From positions 130,427 through 194,426 of the forward strand of contig JABARW010000019.1 of assembly GCA_019186845.1 (NCBI GenBank): a DNA stretch of 64,000 nucleotides. The letters are read 5' to 3'. The notes beneath the pieces are model-generated. The model did no database searches and was not told the DNA's origin. It saw only the letters and a program-made list of their open reading frames with translations. The translations under genes were made by a program, and so were the position numbers. Source of the DNA: Planctomycetota bacterium (lineage in GTDB: Bacteria > Planctomycetota > UBA8742 > UBA2392). Numbering within the stretch: the first letter of the stretch is position 1; each line of letters starts with the position of its first letter. Positions 34,060 to 44,372 of this stretch are shown here, piece after piece.

Positions 34060-36909
34060 CTAGAGGTAATCCAGCACGCTTACGCGTGAAATCTGGGCGG
34101 TGACCTGCAGGCCCGCATTGAGCACGAGTTGGGCCTGCTGGAAGTCCGAAGCAGCTTTGGCGAGGTCGGTCTCCATGACCTCGGCGGAGAGGCCGGCCAG
34201 GGACGTATTCTCGGCCTCGATGCGGCCTTGGGCCAGTTCCAGCCGCTGCGAGCGCGCCCCCGCCTCGGCTCGCTGGTCCAGCACGCGGTTCAGCGCGACG
34301 TCCAGTTTCTCCATGGCGCGTGCCACGAGTGCAGGCTGGTTGCCCTCCAGCGCCTGCTGCAGTTCAGCCAGGACGTCAAAGGCGCCATCGGAGCGCATGG
34401 CGCGCGGGGCGAGGTCGCGCCCCTCGAAGCGCCCCGTGGTCACGTCAAAGCTGCCGCCCAGGCCGAGGTCGTCGGCCGTCGAGGCCCCTGGCGTCTGTTG
34501 CGCCAGGGGCTGCGGGCCGCCGGGCTGGTAGGTCGCTGTATTGAAGGTGTGGTCGCGTACTACGAGTCGCTCACTTGACTGCTCATTGAGCAGGCGCACT
34601 TCGCCCTGCGCCGAGGCCGTGCCGCCCAGACCCAGGGCCGCGGCGTCGGGGCCACTGAAACCGGCGCGGGCCAGCCCCGACTCATCCTCAATCCGTAGCT
34701 GAAGGAAGCCGCCGGTGTGGGCGCGGACGTAAACAGTGAGGCCATCGAGGCCGCTCTGGCGTGCCGCGCGCGCCAGGGCCTGCTCCATCTCCCCTGCCAG
34801 CTGGGTGAGCGTGCGGCCGCCGAGCGCGGGCACGCTGATGCTGCGCGCGGGCTCTCCGTTGAAGCTGACACTGAAGTTGAATGCCGCTGCCGGAGAAGTG
34901 ACGACGGCGCTGTCAAACTCCCGGCGGCGCAGCGCGGCGGCCGTGAAGTAGCGGCCACCGGAGGGATTGACGTTGTCGGCGGCGGCATTGATGGCGGCGG
35001 CGATTTCACGGGTCGTGCGGGCCTGGGCGAGATCCACCGGCACCGGGTGCCCGCCGGAACTGATCAGCGTGAAATCAGCGCCGGGGATGTTGTCGATGCC
35101 GCGTCCCGCGTTCAGGTCGGCGCTCTGAGCATCGGGCAGATTCCGCGTCAGGCCGAGCTGGCTGGCCAGTGTGCCGTTGAAGTCCTCCACGCTGAGTGCC
35201 GCGCCCCAGAGGCGACTGACGAGCTCGATGTGGCGTCCGTTGGGAGCCAGGCGGGCGTCGACTTCGACTCCGGCACGGGAAATGGCGGCCGCCAGATCGT
35301 GCAGTGTCGCCGCGGGATCTTCGATCAGCGGCTTGAGGTCAATCACGGCGCTGAGGTCGCCGTTTTGTATGCGCAGGCCCTGGGGCGAGCGCGGCAAACC
35401 CGCGGCGTCTGTTTCCAGGCGCAGGCCGGCACCGCCAAAGAGATCGGAAAGTCGTGTGAGATTGAAGGATGCGGGGGTGAGGTCACGGCCCAGCAGGGCT
35501 TCGTCGGTGGAGAATGCCGCCGCGCCGGAAAGGTAGCCGGGGCCGGCCAGGCTGGTGCCGCGGTGCAGGCGAAGGTCGGCGGCGGCGTCGTTGGTGGCCT
35601 CGAGCGCGAAATAGCCCGCGCCGCCGCTGTCACTGACGAAGAACTGGAGCGTGCCGTTGCCGGTGTTGGCGCTGACCGTCACAGACATGTTGCCGATGGA
35701 CGCCCCGGCGAGCGTGGCGGAGATGGCGGCATCGAGCGCGGCGGCCAGCTCGGTCAGGCCGCCGGGCGCGGCCGGTGAAACGCTCATGGGCAGCGTCTGA
35801 CCGTTGGCCTGCATGTTGAAGTTGATGGGCCCGGCAAAGGGCGCCAGTGCCGAGAGATCTTCACTCTGGAACAGGTGACTGAAGGCGGCCGTGGAAAGGC
35901 CGAGGTCGCGCGCCGTATTGCGACCGGGTTCGTCGGCGATCACGATGCGGGCGTTGGGCGAAAGGGCTCCGCCATCGAGTGGGCCACCCGGAAACACGGC
36001 CAGGCGAATGAAGCTGGCGGCGCTCTGCGAGCCCTGGGGCAGGCCGGTGGAGGCCGCCGTTTCAAGACCGGCCGAGAAGAGCTGGGCGCCCGAGGCATCG
36101 CGCAGGTTGTTGAGCGCGACGACTACGTCCTCGATGGTGCGCGCGTGGCTGAGATCGAGGCTGTAGCTCATGCGCGCCCCGGTGCCGGCATCAGGAATCA
36201 CGTCGATCAGCAGGCGGCCCGCGCTGTCCACGCCCGCGCCGTGATTCAGGGCCGACAAGGGAGTCGCGGCCAGTCTGGCGCCCACGGGCGTGACATCGCC
36301 CAGGGAGGCCCGGGCGTTGAGATCGCGCCCTGCCAGCGTCACGGTCGGGCCGAACACTTCTTCGGCGCGCAGCGAGTTCTCGAGGCTGACACCCGGTCCG
36401 ACCTCCACGCGGTTGGGGGCCTGCCTGCCACCAAGGCGCACGGCCTTGCCCAAGGCCGTGAAGGCCGCGCCCGGCCCGCCGAACAGGCTCTGCCCGCCGT
36501 GGGAGGCGTTGGCCACATCCAGCAGGGCCTGGCGCAGGGCGGCCACCTCCCGCGCGCTGTTGGCGCGGGTCTGGGCGTCCGCCGAGGCGTTGCTTTCGCG
36601 CAGGGCCAGGCCCTTGAGCCTGGAAAGAATATCGCCGGCCTCGGAGAGCTGGCTGTCGGCGAGGTTGTAGCGCTGGCGCAGGTCTTCGGCGTTGCGGTTG
36701 AACTGGACGTTGCGGCGCTGGAGCGATTCCAGCGAAAGCCAGGCCGCCGCGCCCTGAGGGTCAAAGCTGAGCGAGCCGATACGCCGGCCGCTGGAGAGCT
36801 GGGCGGCGGCAGTGTCGATGCGGCGGTTTTGGGCGGCGAGGTGCCGCAGCAGGCCTTCGCCGGAAGTCAGGGGTGTGGAGCGTGCGAGGTGGGGTCCGAA
36901 GATGGCCAT
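34060..36909 (-). CDS. flgL: Flagellar hook-associated protein 3 (HAP3), unusually large
   Basis: Flagellin-like N-terminus 'IDTAAAQLSSGRRIGSLSFDPQGAA...' and C-terminus '...LAKAASDFQQAQLVLNAGLQVTAQISRVSVLDYL', with a ~700-aa central insert. Positioned after flgK. Confidence 0.7.
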   Translation of the reverse strand: MAIFGPHLARSTPLTSGEGLLRHLAAQNRRIDTAAAQLSSGRRIGSLSFDPQGAAAWLSLESLQRRNVQFNRNAEDLRQRYNLADSQLSEAGDILSRLKGLALRESNASADAQTRANSAREVAALRQALLDVANASHGGQSLFGGPGAAFTALGKAVRLGGRQAPNRVEVGPGVSLENSLRAEEVFGPTVTLAGRDLNARASLGDVTPVGARLAATPLSALNHGAGVDSAGRLLIDVIPDAGTGARMSYSLDLSHARTIEDVVVALNNLRDASGAQLFSAGLETAASTGLPQGSQSAASFIRLAVFPGGPLDGGALSPNARIVIADEPGRNTARDLGLSTAAFSHLFQSEDLSALAPFAGPINFNMQANGQTLPMSVSPAAPGGLTELAAALDAAISATLAGASIGNMSVTVSANTGNGTLQFFVSDSGGAGYFALEATNDAAADLRLHRGTSLAGPGYLSGAAAFSTDEALLGRDLTPASFNLTRLSDLFGGAGLRLETDAAGLPRSPQGLRIQNGDLSAVIDLKPLIEDPAATLHDLAAAISRAGVEVDARLAPNGRHIELVSRLWGAALSVEDFNGTLASQLGLTRNLPDAQSADLNAGRGIDNIPGADFTLISSGGHPVPVDLAQARTTREIAAAINAAADNVNPSGGRYFTAAALRRREFDSAVVTSPAAAFNFSVSFNGEPARSISVPALGGRTLTQLAGEMEQALARAARQSGLDGLTVYVRAHTGGFLQLRIEDESGLARAGFSGPDAAALGLGGTASAQGEVRLLNEQSSERLVVRDHTFNTATYQPGGPQPLAQQTPGASTADDLGLGGSFDVTTGRFEGRDLAPRAMRSDGAFDVLAELQQALEGNQPALVARAMEKLDVALNRVLDQRAEAGARSQRLELAQGRIEAENTSLAGLSAEVMETDLAKAASDFQQAQLVLNAGLQVTAQISRVSVLDYL

Positions 36910-36919
36910 GGGAGCTCCT

Positions 36920-38884
36920 TCAGATGGACTGCATCAGTGTGGCCATCAACTGATCCACGATACTGATGAAGCGCGCCGCGGCCTGGAACGCGCGCTGATG
37001 GGTCATCATCGACACGGCCTCTTCGTCGATGTTCACGCCGCTGATGGTTTCGCGCTCGGCTTTGGCGGCCTGCACCAGCACATCCTGGTTCTCGGCCAGC
37101 TCTCGGGCCTCAGCGCCCTGCACACCCAGGGCCGCCGCCATGCCCTCGAAGTACTGCTCCAGCGTCACGCCGGGCTGAAACTGCCACTGCTGCACGGCGG
37201 CCATCTGCAGCGCCGCGCTGTTGTCTCCGGGCTGCAGCCCCGCGGAGAGGCGTAATGGATCGGCTTGGAGACGGTCTTCCAGCGCGATGTTGGATGCATT
37301 GTGGCCGCTGAAGAGAGTGTTGAGGCCCGAGGCCGCGACAAAACCGCTGCTGTCGTTCTCAAAGCGAAAGCTGACATCCGGCGAAGTGGACGCGATCTCC
37401 AGTCGCATGTCGGGCGTGACGCGGGCACCCAGGGACGCCCCGGTGCCAAACCGCGCGCGCAACTGGCCGTTGATGTCATCGACGAGCTGGGCCAGGGTGG
37501 TGTCGTTGGTGGCCGGAGGTGTGGGCCGCTGGTCGAGGTCGAGGGAAATGACGAAGCGTTCTTCGCTGCCGGCTGCGCGATTGGCCACCACCAGATCGAG
37601 GCTGCCGTGCTTCAGGGGCGAATCGAGGCTGGTAATCTGGAAGCTATCGCCCGTGGCAATGCCGCTCATGGGGGGCTCAAAGCCAATGCGCCCCAAGGCG
37701 GGGTCGTATTCGCGGATCATGGCGAACTCGCCGGCGCGCGCGCCGCTGGTCATCAGTACGCGCGCCCCTACAAAGGCCGTGGGCGAGCCGCCCACAGACG
37801 CCGGGTAGCCCTTGAGCGCGGGATCCACGATGTAGCCGCCCAGGCTCGAGGTCTGCTGCGCCTGACCCGACACCGCCAGGGGAATGTCGCTCAGGGCGTG
37901 GGCGGCCGCAAAAGGCCGCGATTGCGCCATGGAAAACCCGCCCGCGGCGGCGCCCTGCGCGTGGGCAGCGTTCACGGCCTGAATGAAGCCCTGTGCCAGG
38001 CGGTCGAGCTCTCGCGCAAAGCGCGGCAGGGTCTGGCCGTGGGCCTGAAGCAGGGTGCCCAGCGAGCCGCCCGCGGGGGCCAGCGTCTGGCCGCCCTCGG
38101 CCAGGGTCAGACGCAGGGATCCCTCGGGCCCGTCTTCCACACTGAGGCCAAAGGCCGTGGCGCCGCGAACGAGCATCTGCCCGCCGCTGGTGATGTCCAT
38201 GCTGCCGTTGCGCTGCTCGACGGCGCGGAAATCCAGCAGTTGCGCCAACTCCTGAAGTTTTTGCCCGCGCTTGTCACGCAGGTCGTTGGCCTGGCCCGCC
38301 GCCGTTCCGCCGATTTCGAGGCGCGTGATGCCCTCGTTGAGGGACGCGACCTCGCTCAACAGGCGCGACGCATCGGCGGCGCTTGCGCGCAATTCATCAC
38401 CGGCAAGCCGGCGCGAGGAAGCAAGGCCCTGGGCGATCTGGTTGAAACCCTGTGCCGCGCCCTGGGCACGCTCAAGGAACACGCGGCGCGCCGCGACATC
38501 CCCCGGCGCGCGGGACAATTCCTGGGCTGCGCTGAAGAATGCTGAAAGCTGGCGCGGCAATGCCTGATCCGACAGTGCGTTGAACGAGGCCTCCACACGC
38601 TGCAGCACGCGCTGCGAGGCATTAAGCGCGCCCAGACGGCTCGTGGCCTCGGCCAGGCGCTGCTCCACGGCGAGATCGACGATGCGCCTCACCCCGCGCA
38701 TGCCTACGCCCAGGCCGGTGAAGGCCTGTCCGTGCCGCGCTGAGTCGAGCGGCTCGAAGTTTACCCGCTGGCGCGAATAGCCCGGCGTTGCGGCGTTGGC
38801 GACATTGTTGCCCGCCACCTGCAGCGCCGCTGCCTGCGCCGCCAGCGCGGACTTGCCGATATCGAGTGCGGAGAACAGGCCCAT
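36920..38884 (-). CDS. flgK: Flagellar hook-associated protein 1
   Basis: 'MGLFSALDIGKSALAAQAAALQVAGNNVANAATPGYSRQRV' and the C-terminus 'ISGVNIDEEAVSMMTHQRAFQAAARFISIVDQLMATLM'. Confidence 0.85.
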   Translation of the reverse strand: MGLFSALDIGKSALAAQAAALQVAGNNVANAATPGYSRQRVNFEPLDSARHGQAFTGLGVGMRGVRRIVDLAVEQRLAEATSRLGALNASQRVLQRVEASFNALSDQALPRQLSAFFSAAQELSRAPGDVAARRVFLERAQGAAQGFNQIAQGLASSRRLAGDELRASAADASRLLSEVASLNEGITRLEIGGTAAGQANDLRDKRGQKLQELAQLLDFRAVEQRNGSMDITSGGQMLVRGATAFGLSVEDGPEGSLRLTLAEGGQTLAPAGGSLGTLLQAHGQTLPRFARELDRLAQGFIQAVNAAHAQGAAAGGFSMAQSRPFAAAHALSDIPLAVSGQAQQTSSLGGYIVDPALKGYPASVGGSPTAFVGARVLMTSGARAGEFAMIREYDPALGRIGFEPPMSGIATGDSFQITSLDSPLKHGSLDLVVANRAAGSEERFVISLDLDQRPTPPATNDTTLAQLVDDINGQLRARFGTGASLGARVTPDMRLEIASTSPDVSFRFENDSSGFVAASGLNTLFSGHNASNIALEDRLQADPLRLSAGLQPGDNSAALQMAAVQQWQFQPGVTLEQYFEGMAAALGVQGAEARELAENQDVLVQAAKAERETISGVNIDEEAVSMMTHQRAFQAAARFISIVDQLMATLMQSI

Positions 38885-38896
38885 GACAGTTCCTTT

Positions 38897-39385
38897 TCAG
38901 GCGTTGCGCGAAACCAGTGCGCTCGCTGCGAACTGGCTCGGCGCGCCTTTGCGGGTGTAAACCTGCTGCTCGCTGCCCAGCCCGGAGTGAGCCAGCACCT
39001 GCACGTAGCCGGCGAAGTGAGTCAAGGCCTGCTCGCTCAGTTGCGCGTTGAGGCGGTTCACGCGCGCGACTTCACCCGCGCCGCGCCGCAGGTGTTCGCG
39101 CAGCGCCTCCAGCTCGAGTCGCTCGGGGCCGTCGGCCTGAGGCAGGAGCAGGCTGAGCCGCGGGTGCCTTTCACCGGGCAGGAGCCGCGCCAGTGCCGCA
39201 GCGCGCGCGCTTTCCAGGGGAGCCAGGCGGGCCAGGGCCTCTTCTTCGCGAGCCGTGGCCTGTTCGATTTCGGAGAGGCGGCAGGCCGTGAGTGCGTCGC
39301 GCTTGGCCAGGGCCGCTGCCTTGAGGTCGTCCTGCGTCCGGGCCAGGCCGCGCAGGGTCTCCAGCAGGGGGGTTAGGTCGCTCAT
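38897..39385 (-). CDS. flgN: FlgN-like flagellar export chaperone
   Basis: A 162-aa helical protein immediately upstream of flgK with an FlgN-like N-terminus 'LLETLRGLARTQDDLKAAALAKRDAL'. Confidence 0.5.
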   Translation of the reverse strand: MSDLTPLLETLRGLARTQDDLKAAALAKRDALTACRLSEIEQATAREEEALARLAPLESARAAALARLLPGERHPRLSLLLPQADGPERLELEALREHLRRGAGEVARVNRLNAQLSEQALTHFAGYVQVLAHSGLGSEQQVYTRKGAPSQFAASALVSRNA

Positions 39386-39777
39386 GGTTTGAGTCCATAG
39401 GCTTTGCGCAGCGTCTGGCGCAGGGCGCCGTGAGCTACGCCATCGAGGCCCGAGATCAGGCTCTCGCGGACCATCCGCGAAACGCCGCCTTCCCGGCCCG
39501 CCGAAAGTTCACACAGGCGCTGATCGAGCAGTGATGAGGCGATGTCCTCGGCCATGCCGCTGCTGAAGAGTTCGCTCTTCTCGAGGGTCTGGCGCTGAGC
39601 CTTCATGAGCATCTGCCGGAAGAAGGCCTCGAAGTCGGCCGCCACCTGTTCGACTTCGCGGCGCGCGGCCAGCTCGGCGGCACGCTCTTCGGCGCTCAGG
39701 GGCCATGGGGCCAGATCTTCCCACTGGCCGGAGATGCGCGCCGTGGGGCGAGCCAGAGTCGTGGCGGCGTCATTCAT
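39382..39777 (-). CDS. Flagellar rod-binding protein (FlgJ N-terminal domain only, no muramidase)
   Basis: 'VAADFEAFFRQMLMKAQRQT' matches the Rod_binding motif. A 131-aa protein downstream of flgI. Confidence 0.55.
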   Translation of the reverse strand: MNDAATTLARPTARISGQWEDLAPWPLSAEERAAELAARREVEQVAADFEAFFRQMLMKAQRQTLEKSELFSSGMAEDIASSLLDQRLCELSAGREGGVSRMVRESLISGLDGVAHGALRQTLRKAYGLKP

Positions 39778-40885
39778 AACGCACCTTTGCCTGGAGCATG
39801 CCGTTCTGTGACAGGGCGCGGATGACCGCGACCTTCTCGCCGGCGTCCAGCTTCAGCAGGTTGAACGTGTCAATCAGTTGACGCAGTTGCACGTTGGGGC
39901 GGCTCAGGGGCACTGTCGCGGACTTCACGCTGGTGCCGGGCTCGGGTTTCTCCGGAACCTCGCCGCCGGCGCCGATGGTCACGCTGATGCCGCGCACCGT
40001 GAACGCCCCGGGCAGCACGCGTACATTGCCGGAAAACACGATCACGCCTGTCGTTTCGTCGATGGTCACGACCGCCACCAGGTCGGGGTTGATGCTGAGC
40101 GAGTCGACCAGTTCCTTGAAGCGCATTTCGTCGCCGTGGAAGGCGGGAGGGATGGTGACCTCGACCACGCCATCATTGAGCGCGCGGGCCAGGTTGGCGG
40201 GCGCGCCTCTCTCCCGGGAAACGTCGGCGTTGAGCGCCCGCGCCTCATTGATGCGCGAGGCGATTTCGTTGGCCGTGGCGCTGTCCGGGTGCGTAAGCAG
40301 CAGCGTCACGCTTTCGTGGCGCTTGCCGTAATCATCCACGCGCGTCGCGAAGAACTCGACTTTGATGTCCTGAAGCATCGAGCCCGACACCGTGCCGTTG
40401 ACGGGGTTGCGCGGCTTGTCGCCGTCCTGGGCCAGCGTGATCCTGCCTGAGGCCGTGGCGTACTCCGTCTTGTCCCCCGCGTCGAGGCTGAAAAAGAGCA
40501 GGGTGGGAAAGAGCGTGCCGTGCTCAAGCGACTTTGACTTGTCAGCCACGCTGACGCGGCAGGTAAGGGTCTGGCCGGCATAACCCTTGAAGGCCGGCAC
40601 CTCGACACTGACGATCACGCGCGCCACGTTCTTCGTGGCGTAGGCCGCGGCCGGCAGCTTGGACTGGTTGAGCTTGGACGACATGGCCTGAAGCATGAGC
40701 AGGGTCTTGGCATCCTTGTCGTCGCCGGTGCCTTTGAGCCCCACGACGAGGCCCTCGCCCGTGAGCTGGGAGTCGGCCGTGCCCTTGTAGGTCACGATGT
40801 CCTTCACGCGCACGCTGACCTCCTGGGCCAGGGCCGTGCCGCAGAACAAGAAGACCGCGAGGAGAAAACAAATCTTCCGCCGCAT
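39770..40885 (-). CDS. flgI: Flagellar P-ring protein
   Basis: 'MRRKICFLLAVFLFCGTALAQ' signal peptide, then 'VRVKDIVTYKGTADSQLTGEGLVVGLKGTGD' and '...GVIVFSGNVRV...'. The start position is ±1 nt: my reading of the sequence and the ORF-track frame differ by one base here. Confidence 0.8.
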   Translation of the reverse strand: MRRKICFLLAVFLFCGTALAQEVSVRVKDIVTYKGTADSQLTGEGLVVGLKGTGDDKDAKTLLMLQAMSSKLNQSKLPAAAYATKNVARVIVSVEVPAFKGYAGQTLTCRVSVADKSKSLEHGTLFPTLLFFSLDAGDKTEYATASGRITLAQDGDKPRNPVNGTVSGSMLQDIKVEFFATRVDDYGKRHESVTLLLTHPDSATANEIASRINEARALNADVSRERGAPANLARALNDGVVEVTIPPAFHGDEMRFKELVDSLSINPDLVAVVTIDETTGVIVFSGNVRVLPGAFTVRGISVTIGAGGEVPEKPEPGTSVKSATVPLSRPNVQLRQLIDTFNLLKLDAGEKVAVIRALSQNGMLQAKVRYE

Positions 40886-40953
40886 GGTGTGCCTCACTGG
40901 TTGGCGCGCTCGGGGCGCGACTTGCCGATGCAGAAGCAGGCTCTGTGCCAGAG

Positions 40954-41589
40954 TCAAAACGGCCACAGGAAGTTGAGCAGGCTGGTCAGCCAGCCTTGCC
41001 GCGCGCCGTCACTTACGTCGCCTTCGCCGGTGTAGCGGATGCGCAGGCCAAAGCACTTGCTGGCATCGATGCTCTTGGTGCGGCTGTCGGCCATTTCGGG
41101 GTCGATGCGGCAGGTCAACTCGACACGCTCCGTGTCCTGCATGACTGTGATTTCCTTGAAGGCCCGCACTTCGAGGTGGCCGTTGGGCAGCACCTGCACG
41201 ACCTCAGCCGTGATTACGTCAGAGAACTGGCTTTGCCGGTTGCGCGCGGCATCGTTGCGGGCTTCGTAATCCGCGGAGAGACTGATGCCCGGCGAAGAGG
41301 GCGCAGCGCTGACCAGGTTTCCTGTGCCGCCGTCAATGGCGATCCAGTCCTTGAGCTGGGCCTGGACATCGGCCTGTTTGGCTGTTTCCAGGCTGTCGCT
41401 GCGGCGAGCACTGACCTTTTCGCCGATGCGGATCTGGATCAGGTCGTGCACGCGCCAGCCGCGGGGCTTCTCCGGTTCCAGCGTGTAGTAGCTGCTGCGT
41501 TTGCCGTCCTGCTCCGTGGCGGCCTTGAACAGGGCTTGGGCGGAAAGCGGCGCGCAGGCAATCAACATCAGAAAGAGGATTCTGGTCAT
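40954..41589 (-). CDS. flgH: Flagellar L-ring protein
   Basis: Lipoprotein signal, then '...IQIRIGEKVSA...DVITAEVVQVLPNGHLEVRAFKEITV...'. Length 211 aa. Confidence 0.75.
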   Translation of the reverse strand: MTRILFLMLIACAPLSAQALFKAATEQDGKRSSYYTLEPEKPRGWRVHDLIQIRIGEKVSARRSDSLETAKQADVQAQLKDWIAIDGGTGNLVSAAPSSPGISLSADYEARNDAARNRQSQFSDVITAEVVQVLPNGHLEVRAFKEITVMQDTERVELTCRIDPEMADSRTKSIDASKCFGLRIRYTGEGDVSDGARQGWLTSLLNFLWPF

Positions 41590-41620
41590 GGTCTGCTCCG
41601 GAAGGGGCGCCAGGCGCCCG

Positions 41621-42709
41621 TTAGTCCACTTCGCACTCGCCCGCGGCTGTCACGCGGGCCAAAAGATCGACGGCCGGGCCTGCATCTTTGGCCCGGCGCA
41701 CCCGGATGCGCTCGCCCGTGGCGCCGGATTCCATGGCTATGGCCGTAGTAGAGAGCACGCCGCCGCCGGGCAGGGGGGCGCGCAGTGTCACGCTTTCGCC
41801 TTTGCGAACCAGCAGAGCAGGCTTGGTGTTGGACTCGGTCAGCCAGTCCTGGGCGCGAAGCGCGCGCGTCAGTTCGCGGCCGAGGGCGGCTTCGACGGTG
41901 GACAGGCCCGCAAAGGGGCGCGTCGTAAAGTGCTCGCGCGGCTCGCACATGTCGCGAGTGAGGCGCTCACCTGCGCGGGCGTCGCGCGTCAGAACCATGC
42001 ACATCATGCGCACACCCACTTCCACACTCAAAGTCAGGCCGGTCACCGTGTGGCCATCGATGTCCACGGTCAGCTCGTAGTCCAGCTTGCCCAGGGTTTC
42101 CTGCGCATGGCGCGTCTTGACCTCAAGCAGCGTTCCGTGGGTAACGGCCAGGAGAGAGCGGCTGCGGGACAGCTCGCGGACCTCAATTTCACCCTGGGGT
42201 GGCGTGAGCTTGGCTTGCAGGCGCCGTTTGAGGCGATCCAGCGCGTCACACACGAGTTCGTTCTGGCCTGCGGGTGCTTGCAGCGCTTCCTGAGTTGAGG
42301 TGGCTGCGGGCACCCTGGTGGGGGTGGTCGCCCGGCGGGTCCCCTCATCGTCAGGAGGGGAGCGGTACTCGCCTGAAGACTCCGTGCTCTGTGCCGAGGC
42401 GCCCACGACGAGGGGCCGGGTGTAGCCGTAGAAGGCTACTTTGTCGGCTTCCACGCCGCTCTGCAGCAGGCGCGTGCGGATGTAGGCCAGTTCGATGGCG
42501 CGGGTTTCGCCCGCAGCGGGCGCCTTGCCCAGAAGCACGGCCGAGGCGGCCTGAACCATGGCCGCGTCTCCGCTGAGGGTGCCGAGCTGGGCGAGGCTGA
42601 CGTAAGCGCTGTCGACGCGGACGCGGTCGGCGAGCACGACCTGGGCCAGGGCGCCCGACTGTGAAAAGAGCGGAGCGCAGAACAGCAGGGCAAGCGCGAG
42701 GACTTTCAT
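41621..42709 (-). CDS. flgA: Flagellar basal-body P-ring formation protein FlgA (SAF domain)
   Basis: Signal peptide and a C-terminal SAF-like 'ALLVRKGESVTL...AMESGATGERIRV'. Sits between flgG and flgH. Confidence 0.6.
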   Translation of the reverse strand: MKVLALALLFCAPLFSQSGALAQVVLADRVRVDSAYVSLAQLGTLSGDAAMVQAASAVLLGKAPAAGETRAIELAYIRTRLLQSGVEADKVAFYGYTRPLVVGASAQSTESSGEYRSPPDDEGTRRATTPTRVPAATSTQEALQAPAGQNELVCDALDRLKRRLQAKLTPPQGEIEVRELSRSRSLLAVTHGTLLEVKTRHAQETLGKLDYELTVDIDGHTVTGLTLSVEVGVRMMCMVLTRDARAGERLTRDMCEPREHFTTRPFAGLSTVEAALGRELTRALRAQDWLTESNTKPALLVRKGESVTLRAPLPGGGVLSTTAIAMESGATGERIRVRRAKDAGPAVDLLARVTAAGECEVD

Positions 42710-42721
42710 GTCGAGGCTCCA

Positions 42722-43513
42722 TCAGGCGCGAAGGTTGTTCGCCACGCGCATCATTTCGTCGGCGGACTTGATGGCATTGGCGTTGATTTCGTAAGCGCGC
42801 TGGGCGCTGATCAGGTCGACCATTTCCTTGACGACCTCGACGTTGCTTTCCTCCAGGGCCTGGTGGCGGATGCGCCCGAAGCTCGATGTCGTGGGGCTCC
42901 CGGTTTCGGCTCTGCCGCTGGCGTCCGTTTCCAGGAACAGGTTGTCGCCGATGGCCTGCAGGCCCTTTGGGTTGACGAAGCGGGCGAGTTCGATCTGGCC
43001 AATTTCATCGGCGTTGGACTGGCCGGGCATGATCGCGCTGATACGTCCGTCCTCGGAGACCGTAATACCCGTCGCCTCGGCGGGAATTGTGATGTTGGGC
43101 TGGAGCTTGAGGCCGCCGGCGGTGACCAGGTTGCCGTCCTTGTCGCGGAACAGGTTGCCTGAGCGTGTGTAGGCCGTCTGTCCGTTGAACATCAGGATCT
43201 GGAAGAAGCCGTCGCCTTCGATCGCCATGTCGAAATTGTTGCCCGTTACGCGCATGCCGCCCTGGCGGAACTCCTTGTCGATGCTGTCAAGCTTGACACC
43301 CGAGCCGATGCTGAGGCCCACGGGCGCCGTGTTGCCCTCGGGTTGGCGCAGGCCGGCGCGGCGCACTTCCTGATAGAGCAGGTCAGCGAAGTTGGCGCGG
43401 TCCTGCTTGAAGCCCACGGTGTTCACGTTGGCCAGATTGTTGGCAATCACATCCACCTGCGTCTGCAGGGCCGACATGCCCGAGGACGCCGTGTGCAAGG
43501 CTCGAATGGCCAT
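42722..43513 (-). CDS. flgG: Flagellar basal-body distal rod protein
   Basis: 'MAIRALHTASSGMSALQTQVDVIANNLANVNTVGFKQDRANF...' and the C-terminus 'AQRAYEINANAIKSADEMMRVANNL'. Confidence 0.9.
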   Translation of the reverse strand: MAIRALHTASSGMSALQTQVDVIANNLANVNTVGFKQDRANFADLLYQEVRRAGLRQPEGNTAPVGLSIGSGVKLDSIDKEFRQGGMRVTGNNFDMAIEGDGFFQILMFNGQTAYTRSGNLFRDKDGNLVTAGGLKLQPNITIPAEATGITVSEDGRISAIMPGQSNADEIGQIELARFVNPKGLQAIGDNLFLETDASGRAETGSPTTSSFGRIRHQALEESNVEVVKEMVDLISAQRAYEINANAIKSADEMMRVANNLRA

Positions 43514-43528
43514 GAGGCTCTCCCGATA

Positions 43529-44341
43529 TCAGGCGGGCTGCTGGCCCGCGTTGTTGATCAATTCGCCCAGGGTCTGATCCTGCAGCTTGAGCAGCTTCAT
43601 GTTCGCCTCGAACGCGCGGCTCACGTTCACCATCTCGGCCATCAGCAAGGTCGCGTCGCTCGTGCTCATTTCGAGCGCGCCCTGCTTCACGCGTACGGAC
43701 TGCGCAGGCCGCGCCCCTTGACCCATCAAGAGCGTATGCCCCAGCTTTGAGAGCCGGGCTTCGTCCTGCTCGCTGAACTCGGCGAGGCCCAGTCTTCGCC
43801 CGGTCTGCGCGGCGCCGCCGTTGCCGCTGACGGCGAGGCTGCCGTCCTCACTGACTTCAAGACGCGCGCCGGAGACTCCAAGGGCCCGGCCCAGCTCGCG
43901 CAGGTTCAGGCGCCGGCCCTCGTGGTCCAGCACGAAGCTCTGGCCGTTGCGGCTGATCAGAAATCCGTCCTTATCCTGGGTGAAGGCGCCCGCGCGTGAG
44001 TAAACGCGGCCGTGGCGCGCATGTTCGAGCATGAAGTAGCCCCGCCCTTCCAGCGCGAAGTCCAGCTCGTTGCCCGTCGTTTCCAAGGCGCCCTGGCGCC
44101 CATCGACGCGGCTCTGCGCCAGCTGCACGCCGCCTCCCTGCAAGTCGAGCAGGTTGTGCCGGTGGTCCTGGGCATCGGGGCCGCTGTCGTGGGCGAGACT
44201 GGCGGGCGGGCGCTGCATAAAGCTGAGCAGGTCCTGACGGAAGCCTGGTGTGCGCAGGTTGGCGAGGTTGTTGGCGAGGTTCTCAAGGCGCGCCATCTCG
44301 ACGTGCGCGCCGGTGCAGGAAACCCCGATTCCGTGGAGCAT
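43529..44341 (-). CDS. flgF: Flagellar basal-body proximal rod protein
   Basis: ATG at 44341 gives '...MARLENLANNLANLRTPGFRQD...' and the C-terminus 'VSRAFEANMKLLKLQDQTLGELIN'. Confidence 0.8.
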   Translation of the reverse strand: MLHGIGVSCTGAHVEMARLENLANNLANLRTPGFRQDLLSFMQRPPASLAHDSGPDAQDHRHNLLDLQGGGVQLAQSRVDGRQGALETTGNELDFALEGRGYFMLEHARHGRVYSRAGAFTQDKDGFLISRNGQSFVLDHEGRRLNLRELGRALGVSGARLEVSEDGSLAVSGNGGAAQTGRRLGLAEFSEQDEARLSKLGHTLLMGQGARPAQSVRVKQGALEMSTSDATLLMAEMVNVSRAFEANMKLLKLQDQTLGELINNAGQQPA

Positions 44342-44372
44342 GGCCCTCTCCGCAATCTGACGCGGAAGGGAT